Notes under the pieces: model-generated
The model's input: only the letters and a program-made list of their open reading frames with translations
Databases searched by the model: none
What the model was told of the DNA's origin: nothing
Assembly (NCBI GenBank): GCA_051294905.1
Contig: CM119372.1
Span: 6,884,001-6,948,000, forward strand
Direction: 5' to 3'
DNA length: 64,000 nt
Origin: Botryllus schlosseri
Lineage: Eukaryota
In this document: positions 50,245 to 62,511 of the stretch, one piece after another
Layout: each line of letters starts with the position of its first letter
Position numbering within the stretch: position 1 is the first letter of the stretch
Program-made: the position numbers and the translations under genes

Positions 50245-52416
50245 ATGAGGAAAACTGCGAACAAGCACTCAACTCGTGCATCGTTGAAAAACAAACATGG
50301 TCATCCGCCGGCGATTCTGAGCACGAATGCGAAGATTTTAATTGTAAGCATGTTGCTATGCGGCAGTGCTGCTGCGATCGCCATCTTTTCGACGTCCAAC
50401 TCGGCAAGAACTGTAAGCATCGATACAGATTCCGATTTTAGATGTGACATACCATCCCCTTCTGTCCAAGATGTATATATGTGCGCTCTGTCTCGGTGTA
50501 GTTTTGATGTTACTCTCTGTTCCGAACAATGTCCATTTGGATTCGCTGCCGACGAAACGGGCTGTCCGGCAGAATGTGCTTGTGCCGAGGAGGGCATTTT
50601 CCAGGGCGACATTCAGTTTAAAGAATTCGAAGTACCAAATATGATGGAGGAGTATGGTTACATATCTACAGATGAAGACTTTGCTACGTATGTAGGATCC
50701 GCTGTCAAGGGACACGAAATCTATGACCGACAAATCGTTGGAGGGAAATATGTTGTTAAATATGATTTCGCAAGTAATCTCCTGGAATATCAGAAGGACT
50801 GGATTATGCAGTCATTCACCTCTATTGAAGCTTTTAGTTGCATAAAATTCGAAAAGATCACGAGCGAACATATAGGTACGCATTTGAAATTTAAAAAGGA
50901 CTTTGTGTGTTCATCCCACGTAGGCCGACCATGGAACGAAAACGAAGTGGCGGTTATCCAATTAAATCCATTATGCATTATACGTGGTATAAAGCACGAG
51001 ATTCTGCACGCACTTGGTTTCTACCATGAACAGTCGCGCCCAGACCGAGATGCGTACATAGAAATTAATTGGGCAAGGATTAGGAAGACCGGCGCATACA
51101 ATTTTAGAAAGAAATTAAGGAATGAGGTTCAAGATTTCAACTCGAAGTATGATTTCGGTTCACTTATGCATTACATCGGTTCTAGTTTTTCAATAAACCG
51201 CAATGTAGATACTATGAAATCTTTCACCGGCGAAGTGCTAGGGGGGCGCGATTTCTCTGCTGAAGATATTTATGAATTGAACGCTTTATATAAGTGTTCT
51301 AAAGTCACTTCTGGTGCAGCATTACAATGGAGTGCGTGGTCGAGTTGGAGCAGATGTGATGAAACGTGCGGAATAGGTAAGAAGACTCGATATCGATACT
51401 GCGAATCCCAACAAAACAAATATTCACAATATTGCAAAGGAGAGTCATTCGAAATATCGGACTGTGAAATTTCACGTTGCCCGGGAGGAGAGTGGAGTCA
51501 GTGGGGTCCATATGGTCCTTGTGAAAAGACATGTACGAACGATGGTAAAAGTATGGCAAAACGATATAGATATTGTTTGGACGGCCCAAACGCATGCGGA
51601 TGGATTACAGGCAATGGAAAGACATGTTCCGTGCCGATTTGCAAGAAGAACGGATTGTGGCATGATTGGAGCAACTGGTCTGCGTGTCGAGAGACTTGCG
51701 GGACCGGCTTGCAGTCTCGAGCGCGATTATGTAAAAATGAAAAGAATTATGCAGTCGCTGCATGCGGCACGTCGTCGCAGAAAGAAGTTGAAATGCGAAA
51801 ATGCGATTTAAACACTTGTTTCGCTGACCAGAAAACTTTCGGGCCGTGGTCTCAATGTTCTGCTACTTGTGAAGGGTACAGAAAAAGGACGTGTACCGGT
51901 GGTAGATGTTCTTCGTCTGTCGAGACCGAACCGTGCGGCCCGAGAAAGTGCAACGAAGGTGCCATTTTCGCTACATCGAGAACGAGCTTAGCCATAGACG
52001 ACGTATGTAACGTCGCTTTTACAACGGAAAATTGGGTATTCGGAGACTTTAGTGGCGACGGCCGTCTGGACATTGTTTGCTTAAACGCTTACGGAGTGTA
52101 CCAATTATCGTATGGTAGCAATTCCGGATTTAAAAAAGTGTGGTCCGGATCCTTCGATCGGTGCGGCGGCGGTGTTTTACTTCAGGGAGATTTTAACTTT
52201 GACGGGAAGAGCGATCTGGTTTGTAAGTCCAAGAGGGAGCGTCAACTCATAGTCCGATACGCAGGTGACAAACGCTTTCACGAGCCGCTGATCGAAGGGT
52301 GGGTGTTCTGCGCCAATTATTCTTCGCAGCTTACGACCGTGACACGCAGTGGCAGAACCGCTCTTTTGTGTTACGATAGCAAGCATGTTCTGGAGTTATG
52401 TATTTTGAAACGTTGA
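50245..52416 (+). CDS. Astacin-family (M12A) zinc metalloprotease with N-terminal hydrophobic anchor, antistasin-like module, TSP1 repeats and FG-GAP-like repeats
   Basis: Single 723-aa ORF; prodomain FQGDI; HEILHALGFYHEQSRPDRD zinc motif; SLMHY Met-turn; WSxWSxC TSP1 repeats; GDFSGDGRLDI / GDFNFDGKSDL repeats; C..CPFGFAADETGC..C.C antistasin-like pattern. Confidence 0.92.
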   Translation: MRKTANKHSTRASLKNKHGHPPAILSTNAKILIVSMLLCGSAAAIAIFSTSNSARTVSIDTDSDFRCDIPSPSVQDVYMCALSRCSFDVTLCSEQCPFGFAADETGCPAECACAEEGIFQGDIQFKEFEVPNMMEEYGYISTDEDFATYVGSAVKGHEIYDRQIVGGKYVVKYDFASNLLEYQKDWIMQSFTSIEAFSCIKFEKITSEHIGTHLKFKKDFVCSSHVGRPWNENEVAVIQLNPLCIIRGIKHEILHALGFYHEQSRPDRDAYIEINWARIRKTGAYNFRKKLRNEVQDFNSKYDFGSLMHYIGSSFSINRNVDTMKSFTGEVLGGRDFSAEDIYELNALYKCSKVTSGAALQWSAWSSWSRCDETCGIGKKTRYRYCESQQNKYSQYCKGESFEISDCEISRCPGGEWSQWGPYGPCEKTCTNDGKSMAKRYRYCLDGPNACGWITGNGKTCSVPICKKNGLWHDWSNWSACRETCGTGLQSRARLCKNEKNYAVAACGTSSQKEVEMRKCDLNTCFADQKTFGPWSQCSATCEGYRKRTCTGGRCSSSVETEPCGPRKCNEGAIFATSRTSLAIDDVCNVAFTTENWVFGDFSGDGRLDIVCLNAYGVYQLSYGSNSGFKKVWSGSFDRCGGGVLLQGDFNFDGKSDLVCKSKRERQLIVRYAGDKRFHEPLIEGWVFCANYSSQLTTVTRSGRTALLCYDSKHVLELCILKR

Positions 52417-52695
52417 CAACAGTTTCTATGGCTGTGACGGAGAGTGAATGGGTGCATGAGCACTGGTCAGTAGTCTCGCTGTTGAAACCAGTCATGAACC
52501 ACGGGAACTATTTTTTCGCGATCTGGAGATGACGTTTCATGAAAATTTATTCCAAGACGCTGCCTGACTAAAACTCTTTTACATGTTAGTTGTTAATGTT
52601 AGTACTGAAGTTGCTTGCCTAAATTCAAGTTTATAGACGTATACATGACACGACCGCGTCTGTTTTTTGTTTGGCTAGAATTACATCGTTAACGC

Positions 52696-52770
52696 GTGTG
52701 GCGAGGCGGCGATAGCGATCCGCCGATCCGCAGCTGCAACACCAAGGTTGCTGGTTCGAGTCCGCTCTGC
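52696..52770 (+). mobile_element. tRNA-derived SINE head
   Basis: A-box-like GTGGCGAGGCGG and B box GGTTCGAGTCC; acceptor stem does not close. Confidence 0.45.
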
Positions 52771-52885
52771 GTTCTTCTAATACTCTTTAAATCCTTATTC
52801 CAATCGAAGTTACTACTTGGCATCTTCTGCTGGGGAATTTGCATGATGACATTCGATCTGCATCAAAATTACCGGCTATGACAAT

Positions 52886-52954
52886 CAATGTTCCCTCTAA
52901 TTTTTCAAGAGCCTGCGCAAACACGCCAACTCACTGCGCAGGCCCTCGGACAAC
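52886..52954. mobile_element. Left end of a second copy of the 31546-34221 hAT family, cut by a later insertion
   Basis: CAATGTTCCCTCTAATTTTTCAAGAGCCTGCGCAAACACGCC..GGACAAC is near-identical to 31546-31615. Confidence 0.8.
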
Positions 52955-53420
52955 AGTAGTAGTAGTATAGATCGGTCTTGATGTGGCAGGGGTTCTTATG
53001 GGCCCGCTCGCATGCGGCTGGGAAACTCGTGTTGGCATGCGGCTCTTATGTCTTATGGGCCCGCTCGCATGCGGCTATTGCGTCTTATGGCCCCTCTCGC
53101 ACGGTAACTCTTTTCAGTATAGGGATCGCTCGCACGCGGCTGCGAAACTCGTGTTGGCATGCGGCTCTTATGTCTTATGGGTGAGTTGGCATGCGGCTAT
53201 TGCGTCTTATGGCGGGGGTGGCATGCGGCTACTGTGTCTTATGGGTGCGGCCGTGAATCGCCCTTTCGGGTATACGCGCGGTGGCACGGTGCCGTGAAAA
53301 CTCGTGATGGCATGGTTACCTTTCAGGTATAGGCGCGGTGACATGGTGACCCTTCGGGTATAGACTGTTGATGATTTGACTAACGTTGCGGGTATAGGCG
53401 CGGCGGCATGGTGTTGAATA
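52955..53420. mobile_element. Probable Polinton/Maverick-type terminal region
   Basis: Starts abruptly with (AGT)4 inside another element, followed by GC-rich tandem subrepeats (GGCATGCGGCT..TGTCTTATGG; GGGTATAGGCGCGG). No hallmark Polinton gene was recognised downstream. Confidence 0.45.
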
Positions 53421-56175
53421 TGTATCTGGTATGGTAAATAGTGACGTCATTGGTTCTTAGCTGATGTATATGTCGCAAATTATTATATATGACCGGTCCG
53501 AGTTGATCCTAAAGTTTACGGTGAGTGCGACAATGATATATCGTTATTATTATGGGTGCGGCGATGATTCGTACTTTCGTTTATAGACTGCGGGCGACAT
53601 GTCGTACTTTCACCAAAAAGGGTGTGAAATAGTTTGCTAAATCTAGGAATCACTTGCATGATAATATTTGGGTAATTAGATTACCACAGAGCCGGCGTAG
53701 ACGGCGATTCGAATATCAGCAATAACCACGCTCACAAACTAACACTCCAAATAGGTTTGAAATAGTTTGCAAACCCTGCGATCGCGGACCAGATAATGTC
53801 TCGGACATAGCCATCTTTCGCGACTTGGTGTTACATGCATATCGATCGCTCACACGGTGAAATATTCGTAAGCAGTTTGTCACAGAACTTGATTTCGCTC
53901 GTAAGATTTAATAAGTAACGAATAACAGACCGTCAGTGTCGGTAACTTGAATAGCGACAAATTGTCACTTATTTTTGCTCTAACCCTAATCCTTTTTGAA
54001 GTGAACGCTTATTCATAAAGGTGTGAAATAATTTTAAAATCCTACGACCGCTCACAGGGTAATGCTCCAGACATAGCGATCGCTCATGATTTGGTGTTAC
54101 AGACATACCGATCGCTCACAAGGTAATATTTCCGTAATTAGTTTGTCACAGAGTCGTCGCAGACGGTGATTCGTAAACCAACAATTTGACACTTTCTGGT
54201 GGTCGCTATATGTTTTGACACTTCGGAACGTGGTCGACTTTAGTTGTATGATAAGAATCATGCGAATATACAAGTAATGTGTCAATTTGTCAACTTGAAA
54301 TGAAATTCACTAAACAACTCAAGTTGATTCGTATCTTAATGTTTTAATTCGGTACAACTCTGATCCTTTTAGAAATTCTTTTGAATCGACCGTAACCTGA
54401 ATATTACTGACGCCGACTTTCAGCCAGATCGAATTATTCGCACATTCCGCGTCGCTGTTTTCACACCTATAGAATCAACACCAACTATAACTCTACAAGA
54501 ATCAAGAATCACAAGTATGTGCATTATACAGTTATTGTCTTTATCAACTTGAAATCAAACTCTTAACAAAAACACACAACTTATCATTTGTCAACTCTAG
54601 CATTACCAAAAAATCAGGTAGGTCTATTATTGATTGAAAATCCTTGAGTCCTTATTATCAAAAATGTTATAGTGCGGCGTCGGAATCCATTCGCGGGGTG
54701 TACTAAAGGTAAATTCAGATAATCCAAAATGAAATATTAGGACTTTGACATAGTCTGAATTGAAATAGATTGACAATCATAACTACCAACTTTCGCCCAG
54801 TCACATTTCGAAATTATACGCATATTGATTTGAAACAAGTAATGAAATATTACAACTATATTCGCGATCCAACTTTCCGTTTGGCAAAGATAGTTTCAGA
54901 AATACTATCACTATGATATCTCAACATTTTAACATCTTGCCATACACAAAAGAGTAAAATACAAAAACCTTGTCAAGTCAATCCGTTTGTAACTTACCCA
55001 ACCAACTCAACAGTATCCTTATGAAAAGTAGACAAGACTACGCGAGTAATCACCACAATCCAAAATCCATAGCAAGTTCGGTTTTAGGCATATACCGTCA
55101 ACTCGTCTTTTTTTGTTCAACTGTAAAAGTCGTTACTATTCCGCGAGACAAAGAAATTACTACGCGGTATATTTTGTAAGACAAAAGTAATTGCTTCTCG
55201 GTGCCGGCGACTTGAGATTAACATAATATGTTTGAGTATACGAGATTTGAATTTCTGACCAACGTAGTTGAGAATTCATTTATTACAATCGAACGCCGGT
55301 ATCATGTCGAAAATTATCGTGATGTAAACATAAGGATTGTCACATCGATTTAACATATGAGATTTTGTAATGGTCTATCATGACTTGATTATTAAATTAT
55401 TCGCGTTAATTAGACCCGGCGTTGTGGTAAAGGTTATTATGACAGCAACAAACTTTTCAGTACCGTTGTTATTAACATATCGAGTTGTAAAACTATGCGT
55501 GTATGAAATGTTCATGATTGAAAAAATTATTCCACCTTGGTACATATCACTCTGCGTATCGCGGATATCAGAAAATATTTTACAAATGTAATTGTTTCCA
55601 GTAACCAAACTAAAGATGAAACAACAATTTCGTTTGCTGATTAACAACCGGTGCAATACTTTATTGTCGGAATCTGCGACATCGAATTGAAACATACGCA
55701 CATTACGCAGTACGAAAATATCACTTTGGGCTCCGGGGGCGGTGTCATTTAATCTGTGTTAAACTCTGTTCACACTCTCTGTCGAAAATGCGTGAAATGT
55801 AAAAACATTACGAGGTCACACTCTAAGATTTTGATCATCAAAAAGTAAATAGAGGTATCTTTACTGGATCGATTCTATTCAACTGGTCTTGGTTAATACA
55901 AAACCCATAACAATAATATCGAAGTGTGTGCTACACTGAAATCTACAAAAATGTGTTTGTATTGCTTTCATAGTAGCGATGTCGATTTGAACCTCCAGAA
56001 TAATTGTCATCATGTAACCAAACTAAGGAAAGTTGTTGTCAATTTGTATGATGTTCACTGAATGCGTACTATAGAACTAATTGTGTAACGCACACGATCA
56101 GAGAAGTTGGAAATTTCCCCATTGTCATTCGTCACAATACTCGGTCACTAAAATACGTTACTTGGATGTGATTGA

Positions 56176-56416
56176 ATCGCTGGTAGTTAACTCGATAAAT
56201 CAAACCCCTAAGAAATTTCACTCACTCATTAGATATTAAACAGTGTCGCCTAATCGGTGTGGGTCGCTTTTTATAAATACAAATCATACCTGGCCATCGC
56301 TGATAATTAACTCGGTAAATCAAAACCCTAAGAAATTTCACTCACTCGCTGGATATTAAACAGTGTCACCTAATCGGTGTAGATCGTTTTTCTAAATGCA
56401 AATCATACCTAGCCAA
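56176..56416. repeat. ~120-bp tandem duplication
   Basis: ATCGCTG..TTAACTCG..TAAATCAAA..CCTAAGAAATTTCACTCACTC..AAATCATACCT occurs twice in tandem. Confidence 0.85.
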
Positions 56417-57718
56417 CAGAAAACAATTTTCACTCACCCGGTAATGAAACCAAGTGGTTGCTCTTCGTTCGATATTTTGTTTGTGTCAAATACTTTGCAA
56501 TGAACACATTTGAGTGGTTGAGCTTTACATCATCAAGCTGTCATCTGTAAATCGAGATTACATCCGACTTGTAACTCTATCGTTTAATTAGCCGAGTTGT
56601 ATGCACAGTTTGATATTTTGGTCATTTAGTGATTGCTGAACATACCAAACGATGCACACCCACCTCCGAAATACTGCGTTGATCTTAATTTCCATCATCG
56701 TGATATCGAAGTACATTTCTTTCGAATTCGTAACAACCGACTATGACATGATAAATTTTTGACAAGTTTACTTAGAAGGTTTGTTGCATATCGCGAAAAA
56801 TAATATACCACTCATATTGATACTGTTACTCAATTGATCGATATTTTCAAACGAGTAAAATTTATTACTTGAGTTTCTCCGCTTACTATATGTAAATGTA
56901 AACTCATCCATCTTTCAAAACCACAACGAACAACGATAAAAAGTATGCAATCAAACACAACATGTTTTACTTTTGTAGGACACTAATTATTATCTCATTT
57001 CATACTAAGTGTATAAGAAAGATATTCATGACACACGAAAATATTCGATATTCCCATGCTACGAACCTGTACAATGATTGGTGGCGCTTTCAAACTGTTT
57101 CGATGTCACAAGAACTTTATTGTTTGAATGGTTGTTCATGTATCTTAATAATCAAATAGTTCAACACAGATCTAGTACGAACAGAAACATCAGAGTTGTT
57201 TACACAAAAGTTTGTATGCGTGCAGTATGCGAATATCATGTGTAAGTCGAGTACAATTGCGGTATCCATCCAAGTTTAGTTAACACAAATTCATTACAAC
57301 GGAGTCGTGTAAACTTTCGTGAAAGAAAAGCATACCCACTTCCCGAGGGTTCTGTCAATGTCATAACAATAAACCAGATACTCCAACAACAGAGTACATA
57401 TGTTTTCTAGTCACGGTCCCTACATCTTTCACAGAGATCAATCTACTTGCTACCGAAAAGTGCCGAGTCATCGCATGATTGTCCTCACAACAAAACAACC
57501 AGTAGATGGAGCTGTATTAAAATTTTCCTAACCCTTTGCACACCAGTGACAAATTGTTTAGTGTATCGAGTTGTTGTTCAGCGTCAAGTCTCCATGTTGA
57601 AGCATACATTAAAACAGTGCAATCACAATCCAATAAAAACCACGAATCTATTTTCATTTCCTCACAAACTGCCACATACAGAAAAATAAATTTTATTTTC
57701 CCAAAACATACTTGTAAC

Positions 57719-58984
57719 TAGAGCCCGACCGATATTGGATTTCTGAGCCGACACCGATAAGACCGATATCCAGTACCTCCACCGATAACACCGATATATT
57801 CAGCCGATATTCAAAAGATATGGAATCTACCTCAAGGTCCATATTTAACACATCAGAGTATTTCTTTCAACAACTTTACAGCCATTGATATGCTTGAACA
57901 TGAAATAAATGATCCAGGAACTATTAAAATATATCAAAAGCACCAATCCAGCAATTGCAGATTACAGTTCACGAAGCACAGTTTCTCTGAGTGAACTTCT
58001 GTGGTCTTCCATAGATGATGTATATAGTACTAAACACATTGAGCAGTCTTTCACTTGGTACCATAGTTAGTGGCACAGCAAGAATTGGATATCTTTCTTC
58101 ATTTCGGTTCCACCGCTCCCTTGCAGGGGATCTTTCCTTCAATGGTTTCACCATATATTGATATTAATATTGATATTCTTCTGGCAATGCACCTGGAGCC
58201 TTCAGCAAATCATTAACAAATAGCTGAAGAGAATGTGCAAAACAACTCAAATTGTCCAAGTCTGCAACTGCTCCACCCATTCGGACCCTTGGGCCTTGAC
58301 CATGACCAGCATTTCAACAATCAACATTTTACGCTCTTGTGTCAGAATTGGCCAATGTCATCATGGAATCAAAAATTTGGTCATTTATTGGCATTTGGTA
58401 TCAATTATTGGCTTTACTCCACGTTTGCTTGATTTTCTTGCCCTCATGCTTGCATATTTCCTATCATGGTGGCCCCAGGCCCCGCAGGCCTCAGTCAGAC
58501 GACTTCATACATTACTGGAATAATTAGCTCTGTTGGTACCGAACCGAGATATGTTTCGACGCGACGCTTTTCTCTGTCATTACGAGGGTCAGTCCAGCAT
58601 GATTGAAGTTCTCATTTCTCTTACTGATTGAAATCTTCTGCAGACAACTATCTATCCAGCTGCTCTCTGTCGTTGGCGATCGATTACTGCAGGGGGATTC
58701 CCACGAAGTCAGTGGGGCATAACGGTGGTTAGTTATCTATAATATTTTTCAGATAGGCACGCCTACTGCCCTGTATGCAGTATGCACTATATGCAGCTTG
58801 GCCATTTATTTTTATAATTTACCGTCCTCACGTCTTCTATCGACTTCTCTGACTCCCTGCCACCATGTTGTGACGTCACGAAAATGGCCGATATTTTTTA
58901 CCTTCAATGGCCGATACCGATATTTCTCTCCAAGCGTGATATCGACTCGATATTATCGGCGAGCCGATAATCGGTCGGGCTCTA
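57719..58984. mobile_element. hAT non-autonomous element with degenerate hATC remnant
   Basis: TIR TAGAGCCCGACCGAT / ATCGGTCGGGCTCTA; perfect 8-bp TSD CTTGTAAC; CCGATA repeats; RYPILA..VPSER..VFS on the minus strand (57969-58154). Confidence 0.88.
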
Positions 58985-59469
58985 CTTGTAACCAATCGCT
59001 TTCATTAAACACACAACAACATAATAGTATTTACTTTCCACAACATAGACATTCCGATGTAGTCAAGAAATATTTTTAATAATCAAAATCATCGACTTCT
59101 GTTTACGGCGTTAGTGTGTGCATGTCATACATGTGGGGTCCGTATTAAAATGCAAACGACACGACTGAATGTCAGGAGATAGAAGTCTATCGCATAGATT
59201 TACATGTGGTCTTCGCTACGGTTTCAAAAAACGAATCATCTCTTTTGCATTGATCGAGACCGAGCAAGTTAGTTAATGGTCATGATTGTGTTTGTCATAT
59301 GCGAATAATAGGGTTACTGTCAAATCTACATATAACAACCTTCTGGCACTCATAATAGCAATTTCATTCTCTCCCTTCGTAATAGTATACTCACGACAAG
59401 TATATTGTACAACTCGACAGCTACGTTTAACAAGACCAACGACACTGAGCCCACGACGTTTACCTATGT

Positions 59470-59900
59470 AAAATTACCACTTTCACTTGACAGTCCATCG
59501 TTTACCTGACTAAACATATCACCTTGCTTTGGAGATCTGACGTTTACCCAGAGTAAGAAACCATTTTCACTTGGAAATATATTTTTCCCCGGGTAACAAA
59601 CCTTTTTTGACTTGGAAATATATTTTTTCCCTGAGCAATAAACAATTTTCACTTGGAAATATATTTTTTCCCCGGGTAACAAACCTTTTTCGCTTGGAAA
59701 TATATTTTTTCTCTGAGCAACAAACCATTTTCACTCGGTAGTCCGTCGTTTACCTGAGTAAAAATATCATTTTCACTTGGAAAAATACTTTTACCTAGAG
59801 TAACTAATCATTTTCTTTTAGAAATATATTTTCTCCCTGGCTAACAAGCCCTTTTCGTTTGGAAAACTATCATTTACCTGAGTAACAATACCATTTTCGT
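59470..59900. repeat. ~40-bp minisatellite, about 10 degenerate units
   Basis: Unit TTTTCACTTGGAAATATATTTTTCCCCGGGTAACAAACC and variants. Confidence 0.85.
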
Positions 59901-60084
59901 TTTAAAAACGGACAACAACACCGGACAATTTGATATTTTTGTATATTGTTACAACAGGCAGCGACAAAATATACACCAACAACGACTCCAATACATTTGT
60001 GTAATCGCATATTCACTTGTTCAGGTGCATCCCATCGAAATCCTCAGTTACCCGCATGCAATGTGCTGTTGTACATCGATGTGT

Positions 60085-62511
60085 ATGATTTGGAAATTGG
60101 ACAATAGGTTTCGACAAGTCTGCGATGTCCGGGTTCGTGCTTTGGATTTTCCAGAATCAAAATGTCTGAATAAAACACCTCCTCGACTTCGGTAAATGTT
60201 TGGCACGCAGATAACGGCGGTCGGAAATCGAGGAATTTATGTTTCCATCGGGCTAACAACTCCAGGTTACTTGTGATTTATCTCACACGTGTTTACTATG
60301 TTGTGTAGCTCTTTATTGATCAATACATACCACACCATTCAGCTTGAAATCGGAAACCCCGAGAAAGAATTAACCGGATCCGGATATCAACTCTGAATCG
60401 ATAAACCATATTCAAGTAAACATGCCACAACCTGTGTCTCCATGAAAATAACAAGACATCGCACAAATCAAGTATACTTCGCGATTATTTGCCCACACAA
60501 GTAATCACGTAAACGAGGTGTATGACATTACATACATCATGGATAACATCGTGTCTAGCATTACAAACATCATGGGTGACAAATTCGTCTTCTCAAGTCT
60601 CGTCATGCACCGACTCTGTACATTCAGTGTGGGTATAGATGACTTGGGGATAGACAAACAGACATCTTTGACCGTAACATGGCCTTAGCATGAACCGAGA
60701 TGTATTCAGCTTGGGGGAAAAATTAGTCGCACACTATTTCACCGAGATTACACCCCTTTCACGGTTCACACCTTGATTTATCACCTTCTCAAGGTAGTTC
60801 GGGTTCTCAGATAGACTTGGTTCATGATTCGGACTTCGGGGTATAGTAAAATCAGGATTTGTAGTTTAATTACTCACTCACTCACTCAATGTCCTGTATA
60901 TTGGTGGTGGTCCTATCCTGCAAACTGTTTGCTGAGAACGTAGCTCATCCGTTGGTTCAATGTATATACGGAGTGCGAAAACTGTCGCTGTTTTGACTAT
61001 GTGTCACAATCAATACTAAATATGAGAATTCGTTACACGGGTGCAACGTCGCAGTCAGACATCCTTAACAGTGATTCTGTGTATGGAAATCTTAAATTCG
61101 ATTGCGGTTTTTGTAATCCGGGTTACTGTGTTTCTGTGGTGTGAAGACTAAATTCGTGTTGATCCCCTCGCAAGAGCGTGATGTCTATTTTACACCTTGA
61201 GAAATTATAAAACGCATCTTCGAAACTTTTGGTCTAGTTCATCCGCTTGCATTTCGAAACGGACCATCCCCACAAGGCAATTGAAAAAACGTTATCGTTA
61301 CCTGACCATATACAAGAGCATGGATGGACTACGCATAACTGTCCATAGTTTCCTCTGGCCCCACACCGTGGTTTTACGACACAGACAAGATGCGGCAGTG
61401 GAAATATTGAAAATGAAAAACGATACCTTGGTAACATTTGATTTGGATTTTACACCTGATGAACCATACACTCGATTGATACATTGGGACGACAACTCTA
61501 TCGTCGAAGTCGAGGGAAAGGAAATGTACAGATTTGTTGGTGTCGTGGCTATTCAACGAAAATCGGGGTACATGATAGTACATGGTTCACATATATGACT
61601 ATTAAATAGTATATTCATATTGGAATGAACCCGAATATTTTCGGCTGACACTCGTCAGGGGTAATCGTCAGCAACTAGTAGAGAATTGGAAAGAACATCG
61701 TATATCAACAAGAATTTCCAATTCTCTACTAGTTGCTGACGATTACCCCTGACGAGTGTCAGCCGAAAATATTCGGGTTCATTTCAATATGAATATACTA
61801 TTTAATTGTATATTGAAGTTCTGTACCTCCAAGAAGCTCTTTATATATGACTATGAATATGCATAATGCTCTGTTCACTGTATCGATATCACCAATGGTA
61901 TTTGAACGAATAACCATGTTACGGTCAAAGATGTCTGTTTGTCTATCCCCAAGTCATCTATACCCACACTGAATGTACAGAGTCGGTGCATGACGAGACT
62001 TGAGAAGACGAATTTGTCACCCATGATGTTTGTAATGCTAGACACGATGTTATCCATGATGTATGTAATGTCATACACCTCGTTTACGTGATTACTTGTG
62101 TGGGCAAATAATCGCGAAGTATACTTGATTTGTGCGATGTCTTGTTATTTTCATGGAGACACAGGTTGTGGCATGTTTACTTGAATATGGTTTATCGATT
62201 CAGAGTTGATATCCGGATCCGGTTAATTCTTTCTCGGGGTTTCCGATTTCAAACTGAATGGTGTGGTATGTATTGATCAATAAAGAGCGACACAACGTAG
62301 TAAACACGTGTGAGATAAATCACAAGTAACCTGGAGTTGTTTTCCCGATGGAAACATAAATTCCTCGATTTCCGACCGCCGTTATCTGCGTGCCAAACAT
62401 TTACCGAAGTCGAGGAGGTGTTTTATTCAGACATTTTGATTCTGGAAAATCCAAAGCACGAACCCGGACATCGCAGACATGTCGAAACCTATTGTCCAAT
62501 TTCCAAAACAT
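60085..62511. repeat. ~600-bp inverted duplication (60085-60682 / 61914-62511) around a 1.2-kb spacer
   Basis: The arms are reverse complements with only a handful of substitutions; the right arm is cut by a hAT insertion at 62512. Confidence 0.92.
61603..61842. mobile_element. Inverted pair of Penelope terminal repeats carrying hammerhead copies 4 (61629-61672, minus) and 5 (61735-61778, plus)
   Basis: Head-to-head palindromic arrangement; 12-bp TSD ATATATGACTAT (61591-61602 / 61843-61854). Confidence 0.88.

Noticed and set aside
59470..59900. CRISPR-like array (also considered for 52990-53420 and 36748-36845)
   Set aside because: Contiguous degenerate units with no unique spacers, no cas genes and a eukaryotic context.
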